The translations under genes were made by a program, and so were the position numbers. From Spirosomataceae bacterium (GTDB lineage: Bacteria > Bacteroidota > Bacteroidia > Cytophagales > Spirosomataceae), in contig JBBCKD010000004.1 of the NCBI GenBank assembly GCA_037191015.1, positions 4,013-68,012 on the forward strand: DNA of 64,000 bases, read 5' to 3'. The notes under the pieces were generated by a model, which saw nothing but the letters and a program-made list of their open reading frames with translations, was not told the origin of the DNA and did not search any database. Positions 10,291 through 20,262 of the stretch are shown piece by piece; within the stretch, counting starts at the first letter, position 1; every line of letters starts with the position of its first letter.

Positions 10291-10321
10291 GACGAACGAT
10301 AATATAGGCGGGGCGAACGGT
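10291..10321 (-). promoter_or_regulatory. tandem LytTR-type binding site upstream of the TBDR
   Basis: Minus-strand ACCGTTCGCC (10321-10312) and ATCGTTCGTC (10300-10291), 21-bp period; resembles the AlgR site ACCGTTCGTC. Confidence 0.65.
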
Positions 10322-10395
10322 CGGATCAGGGTGCGATGCGGGAAAGCTTTTCAGTTGTTGCCAAAGGCAACATAATAGTGCTTCGGGGGCGCCCA

Positions 10396-10420
10396 GCCGG
10401 GACTGCAAGTCCCGAAGAGC
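10396..10420. repeat. REP-like hairpin
   Basis: GCCGGGACTGCAAGTCCCGAAGAGC with CGGGACT/AGTCCCG stem, intergenic. Confidence 0.4.
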
Positions 10421-10468
10421 CGAGCAGGGTATAATAAAAGCGGATTATATCGATGCAGGCTTTTTACA

Positions 10469-11206
10469 TCAGAGGCCCAGCACCTCTTTCAATTTAGCGT
10501 AGCCGGTTTTACTGACCGGGATCTGCCTGCCTGTGCTGAGCTTTACCGTATAGCTATCCTTCTCATAAGGATCGATCCGGGTAATCAGCGGGACCTGAAC
10601 CATAAAGGAGCGATGGCAGCGGACAAACTGATGGCCGGGAAGCGTCTGCTCAAAATAGGCCATCGTTTTGTTTTTAAGGAAAACGCCTTCCCTCGTATTG
10701 ATTTTAACGTAATCATCCGCAGCTTCGAGGTATTCTATATCCTGGACCGGTATAATCCGGATCTTGCCGGCATCTTTCACTACCACTCTTTCGGCCTGTG
10801 CCGGGGAAGCTTTTGTATGCTCCACCATCTTCTGTATGCGGGCTGCCTGCTCCGTCTGCTGGTTCTGCCATTTTTGTATCGCTTTCCCGAAGCGCTCCCT
10901 ACTGAAGGGTTTAAGCAGATAGTCTACGGCATGCGCTTCGAAGGCTTTAAGCGCATATTCGTCGAACGCAGTAGTAAAGATGACTGCAGGAGGCTGCTCC
11001 AGGAGCTCAAGCATCTCGAAGCCTGTTATTTTCGGCATCTGCACATCCAGGAATATAAGGTCGGGCTCCAATTGCCTGACGCTTTTCAAACCTTCAAAGC
11101 CGTCGTTGCATTCGCCGCAGATAACGAATCCGGGAAAGTCTTTCAGATACTCCCTGACCACCCTTTTGGCCAAAGGCTCGTCATCTATAAGCAAAACTTT
11201 TGTCAT
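10469..11206 (-). CDS. LytTR-family response regulator
   Basis: REC domain (IDDE, FLDVQMP, FTTAF, KP) plus LytTR domain (FVRCHRSFMV). Confidence 0.95.
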   Translation of the reverse strand: MTKVLLIDDEPLAKRVVREYLKDFPGFVICGECNDGFEGLKSVRQLEPDLIFLDVQMPKITGFEMLELLEQPPAVIFTTAFDEYALKAFEAHAVDYLLKPFSRERFGKAIQKWQNQQTEQAARIQKMVEHTKASPAQAERVVVKDAGKIRIIPVQDIEYLEAADDYVKINTREGVFLKNKTMAYFEQTLPGHQFVRCHRSFMVQVPLITRIDPYEKDSYTVKLSTGRQIPVSKTGYAKLKEVLGL

Positions 11207-11210
11207 TCGG

Positions 11211-12245
11211 TCAAGCTAATTGCGGGATCATCAAAACAGTAGTAAAAATACCATTTTCTCCATGGGTTTTTAACAACTGCTGCCCTGCAAACAGCAAATA
11301 TAGCCTGCGCTGAATAGAACTCAATCCGAATCCGGTGCCCTTTCCGCTATTTTTCGGATCGTAGGGGTTGGTTACTGTGATCGTAAGCTCTTTTTCGTCC
11401 TTTGCCTCTGCCACTATGGTGATCTCAATGTCTCCGATGGTGTCGTAGAGCCCGTATTTGATAGCATTTTCCACTACCGGCTGCAGCAGCATGGCCGGGA
11501 GCTTCATGTTGTCGGTCACCTCGCTGCTATCCACCCTGGTCGTCAACCGGTGACCGAACCGAACCTTCTCTATCTCAAGGTAAAGCTGCAGATGGGTGAG
11601 CTCTTCCGCCAACGTGCTCCACTGACGGCTCTCCTTCCGCAGCGTACCTCTCAGGAAATCGGACAACTGCTGGATCATTTTCCTGGCTGTATCCGGCTCG
11701 AACCCTATCAGCGCATTGATCGAATTAAGGCTGTTGAACAAAAAATGCGGCTGCAATTGCTGGCGGAGGTTAAACAGTTCGGCTTCTATTGCCAGGTTTT
11801 CGGCTTCCTTCTTCCTCCGCTCGGCCTCCTGCTGGTTTTGCAGGTTGTACCACAGCAGGCTGCATAATCCGGCTATTCCGATTATCAGCAAACCGAACAT
11901 CACCCTGACAGGCGCCGACTGGCTGAAGAAATTGGCATATTCGAAAGATTCTCCAAGAAAAAGAATAACCAGGAACCGGCTTACAAAAAACCAGATCAGC
12001 GTCATGATGAGACACAGCCAGAAAAGGTAGCTGTACTTCTTTTGGCTGGGCTGAAAATAACGGAGATTATTGCTGATGGCTACGCATTCAAGCAATAGCA
12101 GGACATTGCTGATCACGCTGTCGATCAGGGCCTCCCTGAGAGTAAACCCATACCAGTAAAGTATGGCAGCGTGACCTGCCATCCATATCATCCAGGCGGC
12201 TACGAATACCAGTTGAAAACGACGGATCGTAAATGGTGAATGCAT
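11211..12245 (-). CDS. LytS/YehU-type sensor histidine kinase
   Basis: N-terminal TM helices, QLQPHFLFNSLNSI H-box, LQPVVENAIKYG, GTGFGL. Confidence 0.95.
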   Translation of the reverse strand: MHSPFTIRRFQLVFVAAWMIWMAGHAAILYWYGFTLREALIDSVISNVLLLLECVAISNNLRYFQPSQKKYSYLFWLCLIMTLIWFFVSRFLVILFLGESFEYANFFSQSAPVRVMFGLLIIGIAGLCSLLWYNLQNQQEAERRKKEAENLAIEAELFNLRQQLQPHFLFNSLNSINALIGFEPDTARKMIQQLSDFLRGTLRKESRQWSTLAEELTHLQLYLEIEKVRFGHRLTTRVDSSEVTDNMKLPAMLLQPVVENAIKYGLYDTIGDIEITIVAEAKDEKELTITVTNPYDPKNSGKGTGFGLSSIQRRLYLLFAGQQLLKTHGENGIFTTVLMIPQLA

Positions 12246-12287
12246 GTTTGGTAAAGGTTTAGACCCTGTATTAACAGGCAGACAACA

Positions 12288-13058
12288 TTAATAGCTCTTG
12301 ATTTCTATACCTCCCAGCAGGCATACACCTTCCAGAACCAGTATCTTACCCGGTTCTGTCCTGAGAAAACGCGGATCTCTTTTGTCCTCAACCCCTCCCA
12401 GGACAGCTACGATATTCGATTGAATATCCCAGTCAGAGGGTATGATAAGCTCCGTACCGCCCATGATATTGGTTGCCTCCAGGCGTACCCGCCCGCCGAT
12501 GTCAGCCTTGGAAAGGTCTACTTCTGCACCTCCCATTATGGCTACGATTTCTCCTCCTCTGAAGTTTTTCGAAACCACCACTTTTTTCACATTTCCGAAT
12601 ACCGATGTGGCGTTCAGCACTTCCCCCGATACATAGTCCCGGCCGCTGAAAGACGAAGCGGACACATCCGGGGCCCATAATGTATGAGACCCGGAGTTGT
12701 AAGAGTCTTCCGACCGGGTACCCGGCTTTAAAATCAGGTAAAGCCCGGTAACGATGGCGATCGTCGCCCATGTAAATTGCGGCTTATTGAAAACGGGAAG
12801 AATAAGATCCAGCATGGATATCCCTCCTATCGCTACCATGATAAACCATCCGACGCCCCTGAACTGATGCCGTATCCCGACTATAAGCCCTATCGAAATC
12901 AGGATCATCTCCCAGCGGAAGATCCATCGCGGGAATTCCGGTACGAGGTTTCTCATTAAAAAAGCCAGACCGACCAGGATCAGTATAATCCCCGTCCACT
13001 TCGGACCGTTCAGATTTTTGTCCCGCGTGCCGGTATGACGATACTCGAAATCTTCCAT
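12288..13058 (-). CDS. LiaF-like (DUF2154/DUF5668) membrane protein
   Basis: Four short TM segments plus SVFGNVKK...GGEIVAIMGGAEVDL beta-repeat domain. Confidence 0.8.
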   Translation of the reverse strand: MEDFEYRHTGTRDKNLNGPKWTGIILILVGLAFLMRNLVPEFPRWIFRWEMILISIGLIVGIRHQFRGVGWFIMVAIGGISMLDLILPVFNKPQFTWATIAIVTGLYLILKPGTRSEDSYNSGSHTLWAPDVSASSFSGRDYVSGEVLNATSVFGNVKKVVVSKNFRGGEIVAIMGGAEVDLSKADIGGRVRLEATNIMGGTELIIPSDWDIQSNIVAVLGGVEDKRDPRFLRTEPGKILVLEGVCLLGGIEIKSY

Positions 13059-13128
13059 CGCTATCTCATCTGTTTTAGTTCAGCGAAACAAAAATAGCGT
13101 ACGCCAGGCGCACGCTCAACAGTATTTA

Positions 13129-13180
13129 GGCTAAAGACATGTTTCTCCCGGTAAAAGACACTCTCCGGTCGGTGAAACCG
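13129..13180 (-). promoter_or_regulatory. three 21-bp-periodic direct repeats upstream of the LiaF-like/LytS/LytTR operon
   Basis: Plus-strand GGCTAAAGAC (13129), GGTAAAAGAC (13150), GGTGAAACCG (13171). Confidence 0.5.
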
Positions 13181-13207
13181 GCTATGATGAATGTCCCGGG
13201 ATTATAA

Positions 13208-13236
13208 ATTGCCCCGGGGTTTAAGCCCGGGGCAAT
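13208..13236 (-). terminator. terminator-like hairpin after the PhzF gene
   Basis: ATTGCCCCGGG-N7-CCCGGGGCAAT perfect 11-bp stem. Confidence 0.65.
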
Positions 13237-13237
13237 A

Positions 13238-14029
13238 TTATTCAATTTCTATTTCTCCACGCATATATTCTCTTACCTGGCCGGATATCAGGACTCTCTC
13301 TCCGTTCAGCCTGCAGCGCAGGTACCCGCCCCGCGGCGATATCTGCTTTGCCGTAAGCTCATTTTTACCCAGCTGTTTTGCCCAGTAAGGTATGAGCGTA
13401 GTATGCGCCGAGCCCGTGACCGGGTCCTCGTCAATCCCCGACTGAGGGGCAAAAAACCGCGAAACAAAATCCGTCTCCTCACCCGGGGCCGTTACGATTA
13501 TACCCCGCGTAGGAACGGTAGAAAGAATAATAATATCCGGCTTCAATTCTCTCAGTTCTTCTTCAGACTCCAGCACTACCATATAATCGGCCTTCCCCCG
13601 GTATACTCCTACAGCCGTAACGGTAGAAATAGCTTCCTGGAGGGCCGGTGGCGGAACTGCGACCTGGTAGGTATCGACAGGGAAATCGAGCGTAAGCCAC
13701 CCGTCGTCTTCTCTCGTCACATTCAGTGTCCCGCTTTTGGAGTCAAACGAAATCTCCCTGGCTTCGTATCCTTCTTCCCCAAACACTACATAGGCCGCCG
13801 CCAGGGTAGCATGCCCGCACAAATCCACTTCTGTGACAGGAGTAAACCAGCGTATCTCATACCTGTTTTCATTTCTCACGTAATACGCCGTTTCCGGCAC
13901 CATATTTTCCAGCGCTATTTTCTGGAGGGTTTCATCGGGCAACCACTCAGCCAGCGGTACAACTGCTGCCGGGTTTCCCCGGAAAAGTGTATCGGTAAAA
14001 GCATCCAGCTGATAAATAGGTGTTTTCAT
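13238..14029 (-). CDS. PhzF-family isomerase/epimerase
   Basis: GNPAAVV, RWFTPVTEVDLCGHATLA, EDPVTGSAH. Confidence 0.93.
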   Translation of the reverse strand: MKTPIYQLDAFTDTLFRGNPAAVVPLAEWLPDETLQKIALENMVPETAYYVRNENRYEIRWFTPVTEVDLCGHATLAAAYVVFGEEGYEAREISFDSKSGTLNVTREDDGWLTLDFPVDTYQVAVPPPALQEAISTVTAVGVYRGKADYMVVLESEEELRELKPDIIILSTVPTRGIIVTAPGEETDFVSRFFAPQSGIDEDPVTGSAHTTLIPYWAKQLGKNELTAKQISPRGGYLRCRLNGERVLISGQVREYMRGEIEIE

Positions 14030-14191
14030 CGGGAACGGGTCGATTTTGTTTGGAATTCCGGTATTTTAAGAATAGCAGGATTGATCACAATATGGATGTT
14101 GTGAAAGCAATTAAGCAAGTATTAATTAATAATTCAAATCCCTTCACAAAAAAGTCCAAAGATTTTAAATCTAGCCGGAAGCAACTCCGCC

Positions 14192-15100
14192 CTAAGCCCT
14201 TGGATGAAACTCCGTCACGATCTGTCTGAGATAGTCCCTGTCGAGATGAGTGTAAATTTCGGTGGTAGTGATAGACTCGTGACCCAGCATTTCCTGCACC
14301 GCGCGCAGGCTTGCTCCGCCTTCCACCAGGTGTGTTGCAAAAGAGTGCCTGAAAGTATGCGGGCTGACCGGCTTGCCGATACCCGCCGTCATAGCCGCTT
14401 CTTTTACGATCAGGAAAATCATAACCCTCGTCAGACAAGAGCCCCTCCGGTTAAGAAATACGATATCCTCATTCCCCTTCTGAACCTTCATCTGGCTCCT
14501 GTAATGGGTCACATACAGGTTTACATACCGTATGGCATCGCGACCTATCGGTACAAGCCGGGTTTTGTTCCCTTTCCCTACCACCTTCACGAACCCTTCC
14601 CCGAAAAAGCAATTGGTAAGCTTCAGCGATATCAATTCCGTGACCCGCAGTCCGCAGCTGTACAGCACTTCGATAATAGCCCGGTTCCTGGTCCCCTCGG
14701 CGGTAGAAAGGTCGATGTGCTCCAAAATAGAAACGATCTCCTGGTAGTCCAGCACTTCGGGGAGCTTCCTGGCCAGTTTCGGCGACTCTATCAATTCCGT
14801 AGGATCCTTCTCCATGATGCCTTCCAGCTGCATGTACTTAAAAAAGGCACGGTTACCCGATAATATCCGCGACTGGGAATAAGCCGACATACCAAGCTCA
14901 GACAGATACCTCATGAAAGCGGTGAGATGCACGTCCGTGACCTGGTCCAGAGAGACGTCTATCCCGGAAATCTCCAAATATTCGGAAAGCTTTTGGACGT
15001 CCCTGACATAAGCTCCGAGCGTATGACCGGACAAGGATCGTTCAAGAAGAAGAAAATCCCGGAAGTCTGTTATATATTTTTGCATATTGCAAGACACCAT
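14192..15100 (-). CDS. xerD: site-specific tyrosine recombinase XerD
   Basis: LYSCGLRVTEL, GKGNKTRLVP, SPHTFRHSFATHL, LGH, TTEIYTH; about 300 aa. Confidence 0.9.
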   Translation of the reverse strand: MVSCNMQKYITDFRDFLLLERSLSGHTLGAYVRDVQKLSEYLEISGIDVSLDQVTDVHLTAFMRYLSELGMSAYSQSRILSGNRAFFKYMQLEGIMEKDPTELIESPKLARKLPEVLDYQEIVSILEHIDLSTAEGTRNRAIIEVLYSCGLRVTELISLKLTNCFFGEGFVKVVGKGNKTRLVPIGRDAIRYVNLYVTHYRSQMKVQKGNEDIVFLNRRGSCLTRVMIFLIVKEAAMTAGIGKPVSPHTFRHSFATHLVEGGASLRAVQEMLGHESITTTEIYTHLDRDYLRQIVTEFHPRA

Positions 15101-15126
15101 TCCTTATGGTTTCACTACAAATTTAA

Positions 15127-16008
15127 ATGAATTCCGGAGACCTGCTTATCCCTACCCCGATCCAGGAGCTGACAGATATTGTATTTGAAAAAGCGGCCGT
15201 AAAGGTATTTCTGAAACGGGACGACCTGATCCACAGCGAAGTTTCAGGCAATAAATGGAGGAAGCTGAAGTATAACCTGGCCGTGCCCGCCGGCGAAAAA
15301 CCGGGTACGGCCATAACATTCGGCGGCGCTTATTCCAACCACCTGGCGGCCCTTGCCTCCCTGGGGCATATAGAGGGTATCCGGACCATAGGCATCGTCC
15401 GGGGCGACGAGCTGACTCCTCTCTCCTCGCCCACCCTCCGGCATTGTTCCTCCCGAGGAATGGAGCTCTGCTTCGTCTCCCGAAGTGAATACCGGGAAAA
15501 AGAACGCGGAGCTCTTGCAAGCTCGTTACTGGACCAAATCCCGGATGCATTGATCATACCCGAAGGGGGCACCAATCAGCTGGCGCTGAAAGGAGTGGGT
15601 GAGATCCCGGACGAGTGCGCCGGCGCCGGCTTTTCCCCCGACTTCTACGTAGTCCCTGCCGGGACCGGAGGAACTACCGCCGGCCTTTTGCTCCGCGGAT
15701 GCGCGGTCATATCGGTAGCGGTTTTGAAAAACGCCGGATTTCTCAGGGAAGATATCGGCAAATGGGCTGCCACCGGCTTGCTCGACCTTCAGCTGGATTA
15801 TCATTTCGGAGGATACGGCCGGTACAACCGGGAGCTTATTGATTTCATAGCCCGGTTTGAGGCGCAGCACGGTGTCCCCGTTGAGCAGGTTTATACGGGA
15901 AAAATGTTTTACGGATTATATGATTTGATTAAAAGGGGCTATTTTGCGAAAGGAACCACCCTCATGGTAGTCCACACAGGAGGACTGCAGGGAAAACTTG
16001 AACGTTAA
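15127..16008 (+). CDS. ACC deaminase/D-cysteine desulfhydrase family PLP enzyme
   Basis: SGNKWRKL PLP lysine, TFGGAYSNH, PAGTGGT, YTGK, HTGGLQG. Confidence 0.9.
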   Translation: MNSGDLLIPTPIQELTDIVFEKAAVKVFLKRDDLIHSEVSGNKWRKLKYNLAVPAGEKPGTAITFGGAYSNHLAALASLGHIEGIRTIGIVRGDELTPLSSPTLRHCSSRGMELCFVSRSEYREKERGALASSLLDQIPDALIIPEGGTNQLALKGVGEIPDECAGAGFSPDFYVVPAGTGGTTAGLLLRGCAVISVAVLKNAGFLREDIGKWAATGLLDLQLDYHFGGYGRYNRELIDFIARFEAQHGVPVEQVYTGKMFYGLYDLIKRGYFAKGTTLMVVHTGGLQGKLER

Positions 16009-16019
16009 TCTTCCAAAAA

Positions 16020-16940
16020 ATGCTACAATTAGGCTTTGCGAGCGCTATCCTCGCTGACTTTTCGCTCGATCACGTCCTTTCTTTTGCCGGTAACCACGGG
16101 TTCAAATGCGTGGAGGTCATGTGCTGGCCGAAAAACAACGCGGACAACCGGCGTTACGCGGGCGTATCGCATATCAACGTGGAAGCGCTGGGAGAAAAAG
16201 AGATCAAACAAATCAAATCAATGTTCCGGAATTCGGGGGTTTTCGCTTCGGCGCTGGGTTACTACCCCAATCCCCTCGATCCTGATCCCGATAAATCGAA
16301 ATTTTATATAGACCATATTCTAAAGGTAATCGATGCCGCTGCTGTTTTCAGGATCCCTGTAGTCAATACTTTTGTGGGCCGCGACCCTTCGAGAAACCTC
16401 GCCGACAATCTTGCCCGCTTCAAAGAAGTCTGGCCTGATATCGTCAAATATGCGGAAGCGAAGAAAATAAAAATAGGGATAGAAAACTGCCCGATGTTTT
16501 TCACGGATGACGAATGGCCGGGAGGTAAAAATCTCGCTACCACTCCTGCGATATGGGACAAGCTGTTCAATATCATTCCAAGCGCGAATTTCGGGCTCAA
16601 CTATGACCCGTCGCATATGGTCTGGCAAATGATGGATGAGGTTAAACCGATCTACGATTACAAGGACCGCCTTCACCACATCCACCTCAAAGACGTGAAA
16701 GTATATAAAGACAAGCTCGACAGGGTAGGTATCATGGCCAACCCGCTTGAATACCACTCTCCCAAGCTACCAGGTCTAGGCGATGTAAACTGGCGGGGAT
16801 TTTTTGCCGCCCTCACCGATGTAAGATACCGCGGCCCCGTTGTGATCGAAGTAGAAGACAAGGCCTATGAGGGACATATCAACGACGTCCAATCGGCTAT
16901 TCTGACCAGCAGGAATTATGTGGGGCAGTTTTTGGGGTAA
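16020..16940 (+). CDS. sugar-phosphate isomerase/epimerase TIM barrel (xylose isomerase-like/AP endonuclease 2)
   Basis: IENCPM, YDPSH, HIHLKD, IEVE metal-ligand pattern. Confidence 0.85.
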   Translation: MLQLGFASAILADFSLDHVLSFAGNHGFKCVEVMCWPKNNADNRRYAGVSHINVEALGEKEIKQIKSMFRNSGVFASALGYYPNPLDPDPDKSKFYIDHILKVIDAAAVFRIPVVNTFVGRDPSRNLADNLARFKEVWPDIVKYAEAKKIKIGIENCPMFFTDDEWPGGKNLATTPAIWDKLFNIIPSANFGLNYDPSHMVWQMMDEVKPIYDYKDRLHHIHLKDVKVYKDKLDRVGIMANPLEYHSPKLPGLGDVNWRGFFAALTDVRYRGPVVIEVEDKAYEGHINDVQSAILTSRNYVGQFLG

Positions 16941-16961
16941 CGCAGGTATCGCAATACCCCC

Positions 16962-18227
16962 CTACCCGTTCTCCACCATTCCTTCCATGCCTTTATGCTG
17001 GTTGGTTTTGGGAAGGAAATAGATAAATACAGCTCCTAACAGAGCCACTGCGATCAATACCGAAAAGCCCAGGGCATAGCTCTGGGTCTGCTCATTGTAC
17101 AACAGCCCCAGAAGAACCGGGAAGAGCGCTTCGGCCACGCCATCGGCCACCAGTATGATCCCCATGGTCCTGCCCAGTGCTTTTAAGCCGAACAGATCAC
17201 CCGCCATCAGGGGAATAATCATGTAGTCCCCGCCCAACCCAATACCGAAGATCACGGCAAAAATATAGATACGCCCTCCAAAATCAGGGACCAGAAGCAA
17301 GGGTATGGCTGATGCTACGATCAGGTATATCAATAGCATCACATATTTTCTGTTGAAAATATCAGCCAGGTAGCCCATCACTACCCTCCCGACCAGACTG
17401 GACAACAGTACAAAGGACATCACACGCGCAGCTTCCACCTGTGAGTAATCAAGGTCCCTCAGGTATAATTTGATATGCTGGTTGATCCCGCCGACAACTC
17501 CTATGGAACACATACTCCCTATGGCCAGCAAATAAAAATTGCGGTTCCTCAGGATCTCCCTCATAGGCGTTCCCTCGGCCAGCGGGGCTGCTACAACCTT
17601 TTCCTTCTCAATGGTGGCACTCTGTTTACGGGCATTATCCTTGATAAAGTAGGCAACACCAAATACCAATACAAAACCGATCCCACCCAATATAGCCAGT
17701 GCGGTATGCCAGTCATACATGGCCACAAGCCGGGCGGCCAGAATAGGAACTACGGCCCCTCCGGCCCCGATGCCGAGATAGGCGATGCCCATGGCTTTGC
17801 CCCTGTTCTTGTCAAACCAGCGGGAAATCAGTACCTGGGAGGGCAAAGGCCCTGCAAAAACATAACCCAGCGCATTAAAAACGTAGAATACGTAAAACAT
17901 TTCCAGCGAACTGGAAAAAGCGATCCCTGCGAACGCGATGAACAGCATCAGAGCGCCGGTCATCATCAGGCTTCTCGGGCCGTATTTGTCTATCAGCCAC
18001 CCCGCCAAAAAGCCAAACAACGGGGCGACAATAAGCTTCCCTACTGCATTTCCGGAGGTAATTACCGCTCTGGACCAGCCTCTTTCTTCCATGATAAAAT
18101 CATAAAAGAAAGGCAATCCGTAAATGCCGAACCCCACAACCGCAAAGAGCGCCAGGAAGGCAGTGGCAACGATGTAAGTCTGTGAACTTTGGGAAGCAGG
18201 CTGAAGGGTGGTTGTACCGGAATTCAT
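16962..18227 (-). CDS. MFS transporter
   Basis: About 12 TM segments, GWLIDKYGPR and GYLADIFNRK loop motifs. Confidence 0.92.
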   Translation of the reverse strand: MNSGTTTLQPASQSSQTYIVATAFLALFAVVGFGIYGLPFFYDFIMEERGWSRAVITSGNAVGKLIVAPLFGFLAGWLIDKYGPRSLMMTGALMLFIAFAGIAFSSSLEMFYVFYVFNALGYVFAGPLPSQVLISRWFDKNRGKAMGIAYLGIGAGGAVVPILAARLVAMYDWHTALAILGGIGFVLVFGVAYFIKDNARKQSATIEKEKVVAAPLAEGTPMREILRNRNFYLLAIGSMCSIGVVGGINQHIKLYLRDLDYSQVEAARVMSFVLLSSLVGRVVMGYLADIFNRKYVMLLIYLIVASAIPLLLVPDFGGRIYIFAVIFGIGLGGDYMIIPLMAGDLFGLKALGRTMGIILVADGVAEALFPVLLGLLYNEQTQSYALGFSVLIAVALLGAVFIYFLPKTNQHKGMEGMVENG

Positions 18228-18260
18228 GTTAAGGGTTATTGATATCTGGTTGAAGAAGTT

Positions 18261-19052
18261 TTACAGTCTTGGAATATTCATCCCCCCATCCACCAGGATC
18301 ACCTGCCCGGTCGAGTAAGGAAACGCGCCTGTAACGACAGCCGCCACAGCCTTACCTACATCTTCGGGTGTGCCCCATCTCGGTTGAAGCGCCATTCCGC
18401 TTTCGAATAGCTCGTCATATTTCGACTGTACTTTAGACGTCATATCTGTAGCGATCACACCCGGGCGAATTTCATAGACCGGTATCCCGACCTCCGCCAT
18501 CCTTACCGCAAACAAACTCGAAACCATTGAGAGCCCTGCTTTGGAAACACAGTACTCGCCACGGTTAATAGAAGTTACAGTAGATGAAATCGAAGTTACA
18601 AAAACTATCGATGCTTCAAAATCCTGATCTGCAGCTTTCTTCTCCGCCATATGACGGGCGACTGCCTGGGTCAGGAAAAACGGCCCTTCCAGATTGGTTT
18701 CCAGCACATGCCGATAACTCTCCTGTGTTGTTTCCAGAAGATCCAGGCGCTGTTTGGGAGCGACTCCTGCATTGTTAACCAATACATTGATCGCACCGAA
18801 GGCTTCGATTCCAACGTTGATAATCCGCTCCCTGTCTTCGGGTGAAGATATGCTTCCCCGGGCATACACCACTTCCACCCCGTAGGTATCCACCAGTTCG
18901 CTCAAAGCAGCCTTCACATCTTCTTCCGCCCGGACGCCATTGATGATCAGGTTGTATCCCGCCTTACCCAGCGTATGGGCGATGCCGAGGCCAATGCCCC
19001 GGCTACCGCCTGTAATTAATGCGCTTTTGTTAGTCATGCCAGATTCGCTCAA
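18261..19052 (-). CDS. short-chain dehydrogenase/reductase (start probably 19037)
   Basis: [17 protein letters not shown] catalytic motif. Confidence 0.92.
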   Translation of the reverse strand: MSESGMTNKSALITGGSRGIGLGIAHTLGKAGYNLIINGVRAEEDVKAALSELVDTYGVEVVYARGSISSPEDRERIINVGIEAFGAINVLVNNAGVAPKQRLDLLETTQESYRHVLETNLEGPFFLTQAVARHMAEKKAADQDFEASIVFVTSISSTVTSINRGEYCVSKAGLSMVSSLFAVRMAEVGIPVYEIRPGVIATDMTSKVQSKYDELFESGMALQPRWGTPEDVGKAVAAVVTGAFPYSTGQVILVDGGMNIPRL

Positions 19053-20191
19053 AGAGCTTTAATGTCAACCCAGGCTCTTTTCTCCCAGCTTTCCAGGCCC
19101 TTCTCAGCCAGCTGCACTCCTTTGGCCCCTGCTTTAAGATCCCACGGGAACGGCGAATCGGTTACGATATGCTTCAGGAACAACTCCCACTGCACCTTAA
19201 ACGCATTGTCGAACGCCTCCTGCTCCGGTACCAGCGACCAGCCGTCAAAAAAGTCGATAGGCTGTTTGATATCGGGGTTCCATACCGGCTTGGGTGTATT
19301 GCCGTAGTGCTGGATGTAGCACTCTCTCAAGCCGGCCACCGCAGAACCTTTCGTTCCGTCGATCTGGAGCGTCAGCAGGTCGTCTCGGCGAACACGTACC
19401 GTCCAGGAAGAGTTGAAATGAGCGATCACACCGCCTTCCAGCTCGAATGTAGCGTAGCAGGCATCGTCGGCAGTACATTTGTACGGGTTGCCGCTTTCGT
19501 CAATCCGCTCCGGAATATGGGTTGCTCCAAGACAGGATACCGCTTTCACTTCACCGAAAAGGTTGTCCAGAACATAGCGCCAGTGGCAGAGCATGTCTAC
19601 GATGATCCCGCCGTCGTCTTCCTTGCGGTAGTTCCAGGAGGGCCTTTGGGCCGGGATGGAAGTACCTTCGAATACCCAGTAACCAAACTCTCCCCTTACA
19701 GACAGGATCTCCCCGAAAAACCCGCTTTCGATCAGGCGTTTTACCTTCAGGAGGCCGGGCAGCCACAATTTATCCTGTACCACGCCATTTTTAATACCTG
19801 CTTTTTTAGCCAGCTCATAAAGCTCCAGCGCCTCTTCGGTGGTTGTACCGGTGGGCTTCTCGCAATACACATGCTTTCCGGCTTCGATCGCTTTCTTTAC
19901 TGCAGCCGCCCTTCTGCCTGTTACCTGGGCATCGAAATAAACCTGGTAAGCCGGATCCGACATCACCGAATCAAGGTCTGTAGTATATTTCTTTACGCCC
20001 GATAGTTTGCAGAGCGATTGAAGCTTGGATTCATTGCGACCCACCAGGATCGGGTCTACTTCTATCACATCGCCATTCGGCAATTTTACACCGCCTTGCT
20101 CGATGATCGGCTTGATAGAGCGCAACAGGTGCTGGTTTGTTCCCATACGGCCTGTGACGCCGTTCATGATAATCCCAATTTTATGAACCAT
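19049..20191 (-). CDS. Gfo/Idh/MocA-family oxidoreductase
   Basis: [11 protein letters not shown] Rossmann start, HVYCEKP, DMLCHW. Confidence 0.92.
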   Translation of the reverse strand: MVHKIGIIMNGVTGRMGTNQHLLRSIKPIIEQGGVKLPNGDVIEVDPILVGRNESKLQSLCKLSGVKKYTTDLDSVMSDPAYQVYFDAQVTGRRAAAVKKAIEAGKHVYCEKPTGTTTEEALELYELAKKAGIKNGVVQDKLWLPGLLKVKRLIESGFFGEILSVRGEFGYWVFEGTSIPAQRPSWNYRKEDDGGIIVDMLCHWRYVLDNLFGEVKAVSCLGATHIPERIDESGNPYKCTADDACYATFELEGGVIAHFNSSWTVRVRRDDLLTLQIDGTKGSAVAGLRECYIQHYGNTPKPVWNPDIKQPIDFFDGWSLVPEQEAFDNAFKVQWELFLKHIVTDSPFPWDLKAGAKGVQLAEKGLESWEKRAWVDIKAL

Positions 20192-20262
20192 CGTAATATT
20201 TGTTAGTTTGATTTTCTAATTTTATTAGTGTTAGCTAGCTGTCTGTCTCTAAATATTAAGTT

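Noticed and set aside
14192-15100. xerD as the integrase of the island or a prophage
   Set aside because: Length and motifs fit chromosomal XerD, it has core-like composition and housekeeping neighbours, and it lies 31 kb from the island
18261-19052. Assigning the SDR as fabG
   Set aside because: It is embedded in a sugar-catabolic operon 18 kb from acpP/fabF and the SDR motifs are generic
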